Shown here: piece by piece, positions 61,021-64,000 of the stretch | Numbering within the stretch: the first letter of the stretch is position 1 | Layout: the number at the start of each line of letters is the position of its first letter | DNA from: Klebsormidium nitens | Taxonomy: Eukaryota > Plantae > Klebsormidiophyceae | Direction of reading: 5' to 3' | NCBI GenBank assembly: GCA_000708835.1 | Contig: DF237388.1 | Location: 12,986-76,985, forward strand | DNA length: 64,000 nucleotides | Position numbers and translations under genes: made by a program | The notes under the pieces: model-generated | What the model saw: only the letters and a program-made list of their open reading frames with translations | What the model was told of the DNA's origin: nothing | Database searches by the model: none

Positions 61021-62854
61021 CTCAACACGCGTGTAAATCAAGGCGCAAAGAACGGATCTGAATCAGATGTGCCAATATGAGCGGCCCACTTTTTCAATAG
61101 ATACACTGAAAGTAAGAACTAGAGGACTCATCAGATTTTATTCCGAGTTTGTGATGATCTTGTGCTGATAGGTTCAGCAAGAGATTGATGAGCGGTACGG
61201 ATCGGAACGAATTTGGAACCGCGAAGACTGTACTTTCATGATCTGCAAAGCTGGCCAGTATAATCGCTTAAAATGTGCATTTTCTTCACTTGGTGTTTGC
61301 TCTTGCCAAGGGCAAATTCGAGGTGCAGACAGATCGTGGCACTTCGAGCAGGTGTCCCTCCAGGTACTCACGAGACTCGATCGTTGAGGGCCACTCCGCA
61401 GGGGCTGTTGAGGCCTCACTTTACAGAAGCGCACTTCTAGCGCAAGCGCAGTGTATCACCTCCGTAGAATGTTAGAATCTGTGTCGGTACCAGGGCGAAT
61501 CGGATCACTTCAAGCAAATATCCCCTCTCCTTCTCCTTTGCTCAAGCTCTTCGTTCAATTTCGAAGATTCGTCGTCATCGTCATTCAGAACCAGATTCAT
61601 CGTTACAACCCTACAAACGATAATCGCACCCAGTGCTTCTCGTGCCCGCCCTTCAATCAATCCTCTGGTTTCAATGTAAACCTCGGTACCCCGCCACTGT
61701 GCGCGCGCTCGTGATGCATGCCAGGAGGTTTTTACCGGGCACCGGCTTGGCAAGTCGAGCCTCCCGGTGCATGCGCTCCTTTCACGCGGACAATACCAAG
61801 AGCACCGTCTCTATGTTCGTGCCCGGGGTAAACCATGGTGAGAGCCGCAGAGGACTTTTCGCTTCCGGCAGGAATTTTCTGCGCGAAAGTGTTCGCGAGC
61901 ACGAACGCTTGTAAGAGCTGCTAAGATATGACTGTAAATGTTGGTTTCCGAGCGCGCCGTCCAGCCAGCTTACGTGCCGCCGAACGTTTTGTTGGAAAAA
62001 TTCGTTTGGAAAGTCGTTTCGAACTAGTGGAATCAACGGCAAAAATGTTCCTCTATGAGCTTTGGCACTAATTTCGCTATGATCCGGCAGTCAGGTTGGA
62101 TGTCAATGACGCCCAAAATCACCCCGTTTGGTTTACAGTATAAACAGATGAATCTTCGTCCTCGCCCGAGATTCTCGAACGGCTCTGTCCAGAAGGATAA
62201 AAGGATAAAAGGATAAAAGCGGAAGCTAAGTTTGAGATTACTATCGTGCTTTCAAACCAGGCTCTCCATGCAGAGGCTCCATTCGGATCTTGCGATGCAC
62301 GACACCGCATTCCAGGCTTTCATAGACAACGGTTGAACATATCCACTTACGCTGTAAAACCGGTTCTAAAGATGACACACGGTAAATGCGCGTGCGCGTA
62401 GGTGGCACCAAAGAGTACGGCCGGCCACACCAGGTGACAACTTTTCGACGATACCGGCCAGGTATTGAGCGAAGCACAACTTTGCCGCAGTGCTGCTGTG
62501 ACGGCCGCGTTTCTAGTACCCGATCTTTACCTAGCGCGACAGCCGCTAAACTGGGCGTACTGGCCTTGTGACCCTGTCATAAGGCTTGCTGGCGGTGCAA
62601 GGAAACAGCTAGACGTCAATGATTTTGGTCGTTTCAGATGCATACAGACGTCCCAAAGACGTACTACAGCAGACCCCGTTATTAGTATGAGAAGAAAAGG
62701 AGGCCTTTCGAGTTCGCGGAATGTCTCTGAGCGTTTGGCCGGCATCCCAGATGTTTCCCTGACAAAGGGCCTCAGGCCCTCGATCTGTCACGACTTTGTT
62801 AAATGTATCATTGTGGCTTGAGGATAAGATATGGGACATAGGGTGCACAAAGAG

Positions 62855-62920
62855 AAGTGTACTTCAAATCTGTACCGAGTGTACTAACCGAGAGGCAGTT
62901 AAAGTGTACTTCAAATCTGT
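62855..62920. repeat. 19-bp perfect direct repeat (aagtgtacttcaaatctgt x2) with a 28-bp spacer; an aaggataa x3 microsatellite lies nearby at about 62193-62219
   Basis: Copies at 62855-62873 and 62902-62920. Confidence 0.8.
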
Positions 62921-63144
62921 TATCTAATCTTTTGCTGATCTTGCCTGTACGTTCCGTTTTCGAAGGTCATGCATCTACCAAACACGGACGAGTAAAAGGT
63001 TGATATGAAGAATGCATTACTTAGACTTCGAGTTCGCAAGATTCCGCATTGCCCAAGACGGTCGGGCAATTATTGAATTACGGCTCTTAAGTCACGGTAG
63101 CAGCCAATCTTAAACTACTTATGTTAGTACGCATGCCATCCAGA

Positions 63145-64000
63145 GTTTGTCATGCGGTAGGCTTATGTCGGTGCGATATCATGTCAATGAATAGACTGAG
63201 GCGCTCAAGCTAACGGCGGAAATGAAAAAGATACGTCTTTCCAGGTCACTCATATGGCATGCACACATCATCCATGATCCCATAAAAAGCTTGGCACAGG
63301 CTGAAACGAGTAGTGGAGCGTGGAGTCGATGGCAATACTGGCTGAGTTAGGACAGTGTCAAGAGTGTGGCGACTCTATCGCTGGAACGTGGTGTTCGGAC
63401 CTAACTCGCGCAAAGTTCTAAACTGACATGAGCAAATGTCTACGATTATATAGCTACGGTCGAATATGCTACCGAGTCTGCAATCTCAAGTCTACACAAT
63501 ACTAGCTAGGAGTCTCGTGCGTAACCTAGTCTATATAAGCTGAGTCTACGATGCAATCTAAAAGCTAATGGTAGTCGAGTCGATGGTAGTCCCGCAACTC
63601 GGAACCGGATATTCGCATAGCGCAACCTCGGAGTCGTGTCGCGCGTGCGGTTATCCAACCTTATCTCAAAAGTACGTGTACCCGGTACGTACCCGATTTG
63701 GTACTCGCGATAGCCGGGCACTAAAGTGCACGCCGGGTCGACGTGGCTCAACCGCGGTCATGGGCGGCGGATAACCGGGTGGCTCAGCGCCACTCTCATG
63801 CAATCATGCGGATGTCTGGCGATCATGCGATATCCGGCAACTTACAGAAACCCTATGGCCGCAATGGGTGAAACCCTATATAGCTAATGGCGGAAAGCCC
63901 TAGTAACTAGCATGAGGCATAGCTGGCACGTGTAGTCGAGCCGTCACAGCAACGAGCCCATACAGCGTGACAGCTGTCATGCGGTCTTATGTCGGTGCGA
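63145..64000. repeat. Non-coding repeat-like tract of paired short direct repeats, possibly the edge of a repeat or transposon that continues beyond the window
   Basis: tgtcatgcggt(agg)cttatgtcggtgcga at about 63148-63176 and 63975-64000. Paired words atggtagtc, gtggctca, atcatgcg, gaaaccctat and tatatagcta. 12-bp palindrome tgacagctgtca at 63968-63979. Confidence 0.4.

Noticed and set aside
54319-61041. Overlapping antisense ORFs (for example 54884-55378, 56232-56492, 60360-60962, 60562-61041)
   Set aside because: Shadow frames caused by the very high GC3 of the paralogues.
61500-62050. Minus-strand ORFs 61505-61753 and 61782-62042 with an acidic stretch
   Set aside because: No family motif or codon bias and no phase-consistent exon set.
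62855-62920. CRISPR-like repeat-spacer-repeat
   Set aside because: Only two 19-bp repeats, a eukaryotic context and no cas genes; treated as a local duplication.

Overview
This is a eukaryotic nuclear window from an intron-rich green-lineage genome. GT-AG introns of about 150-1100 bp, GC3-rich exons, plant-type genes and a 20-N scaffold gap are consistent with a streptophyte alga such as Klebsormidium (inference). Most ORFs in the supplied track are exon fragments or shadow frames. I assembled seven spliced genes by hand with consistent intron phases: an O-fucosyltransferase-family gene (+), strawberry notch/FORGETTER1 (-, 35 exons), isoamylase ISA1 (-), a DUF2358 + shortened SOUL protein (-), organellar methionine aminopeptidase MAP1D (-), a divergent EB1-like protein (+) and gamma-secretase subunit PEN-2 (-, with a U12-type AT-AC intron). 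Right of the gap is a +/-/+ array of three paralogues of an uncharacterised ~360-aa domain, each encoded by one uninterrupted exon. One copy is intact and two are frameshifted. They show mosaic identity, one hypervariable loop and different candidate upstream leader exons (acylation-like MGCSCC versus transit-peptide-like). A second recurring pattern is local duplication of splice-site regions: decoy acceptors, a triplicated exon end plus donor, and minisatellites abutting 3' splice sites. I found no rRNA, tRNA, CRISPR array or recognisable transposase. All coordinates and homologies were worked out by eye, with no database search.
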